IMG/VR virus record: IMGVR_UViG_3300035670_000119
Location: 21,906-85,905 of that record
DNA: 64,000 nt
Reading direction: 5' to 3' (one strand)
Source of the DNA: a virus
Below the pieces are notes generated by a model, which searched no databases, was not told the DNA's origin, and saw only the letters and a list, made by a program, of their open reading frames with translations. Of the stretch, positions 63,312 through 64,000 are shown piece after piece. Position 1 is the stretch's first letter. Every line of letters begins with the position of its first letter. The translations under genes and the position numbers were made by a program.

Positions 63312-63587
63312 TTAACTGTGAACATTGTAACAGTATTTTTCCCAGTGCTCAAGTCTATGGCAGTTGCAACATAACGGTATACACTTACTGATTTCTTCTT
63401 CTACTCTGCTCCAGGAATAGCCGTGGTTCACCATGGATGAAATGTTGTTGTCCTTGTCACCTACGTGGTGGAACTCAAGGACACGATGATCATCCAGCCC
63501 ACACTTCTGGCACTGCAAAGTCTGTTTGTACTCCAGCAGCTTCTTTCTATTTTTATCGATACGTTTCTTGGCGTCAGCCCAAGCCAT
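63312..63587 (-). CDS. Small HNH endonuclease
   Basis: CQKCG...LEFHH...EISKCIPLCCNCHRLEH. Confidence 0.8.
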   Translation of the reverse strand: MAWADAKKRIDKNRKKLLEYKQTLQCQKCGLDDHRVLEFHHVGDKDNNISSMVNHGYSWSRVEEEISKCIPLCCNCHRLEHWEKYCYNVHS

Positions 63588-63640
63588 TCATAACTTTTAT
63601 TCGTGTACTTAATATACGGCATTTATTGATGTTTGTTATA

Positions 63641-63712
63641 TCGAGATGACAGGGATCGAACCTGTGACCCTCTGCTCCCAAAGCAGATGCGCTACCGCTG
63701 CGCTACATCTCG
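63641..63712 (-). tRNA. tRNA-Pro(TGG), CCA not encoded
   Basis: CGAGATG/CATCTCG-A acceptor, TCTGC-TTTGGGA-GCAGA, ACAGG-TTCGATC-CCTGT. Confidence 0.92.
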
Positions 63713-63845
63713 GAGTAGGGCGAGGATGTCCGCCTACGTTCACCGACCATCGCTAGGGCTGTGTTACCACAAACTTAACGGTGAATCTACGATGCGGCCG
63801 AGGGGATCCTTCGTTTAATGCAACGTTCCTTGTTGCACCCTAAGG

Positions 63846-63915
63846 GGGCGGACTGGGACTTGCACCCAGACTGAGTTCCAGTTGTCCTGGCTGCCTCTAC
63901 TTGGGCTACCCGCCA
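63846..63915 (-). ncRNA. tRNA-like element with aberrant anticodon arm
   Basis: GGCGGG/TCCGCC stem, D arm GCC..GGC, CCAG-GACAA-CTGG, T arm CTGGG-TGCAAGT-CCCAG. Confidence 0.55.
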
Positions 63916-64000
63916 TATAGATGGATGCAGTGTGACTGGCGTACCGACAATCGGGCTGTGAGTTAACCAGGCGTATCCAGACAGTGACTGCACCTCTATC

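Noticed and set aside
63846-63915. tmRNA tRNA-like domain
   Set aside because: No alanine G3-U70 acceptor signature or tag ORF visible.

Overview
A 64-kb segment of a tailed dsDNA phage, very probably a freshwater cyanophage (NblA-like, DUF4278-like and Dps genes, SD-less leaders). The left arm (1-35.1 kb, minus strand) is the late/virion module: TerL, portal, probable scaffold and major capsid protein, Gly-rich putative ejection proteins, three peptidoglycan hydrolases (GH24, SleB-like, circularly permuted M23) and a Thr-rich collagen fibre next to a glycosyltransferase-methyltransferase fusion. The right arm (35.2-63 kb, mostly plus strand) holds many small early genes, PcfJ-like, ThyX, Gp88-like, T7-type PolA, double-OB SSB, Gp157, Dps, HNH/EndoVII genes and tRNAs. 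The most unusual signals are non-coding. (i) Three families of covarying structured RNA leaders lie about 20-45 nt upstream of early/middle genes: 8 H-type pseudoknots, 4 TAAGT-bulge stems and 5 RNase III-like refolding hairpins. (ii) An array of paralogous small genes is punctuated by five TAGT-N7-(A)CTW sites resembling tyrosine-recombinase core sites. (iii) Promoter-in-hairpin elements occlude several start codons. (iv) A tRNA-associated structured RNA cluster runs off the right edge. All family names come from motifs recognised by eye, not from database searches.
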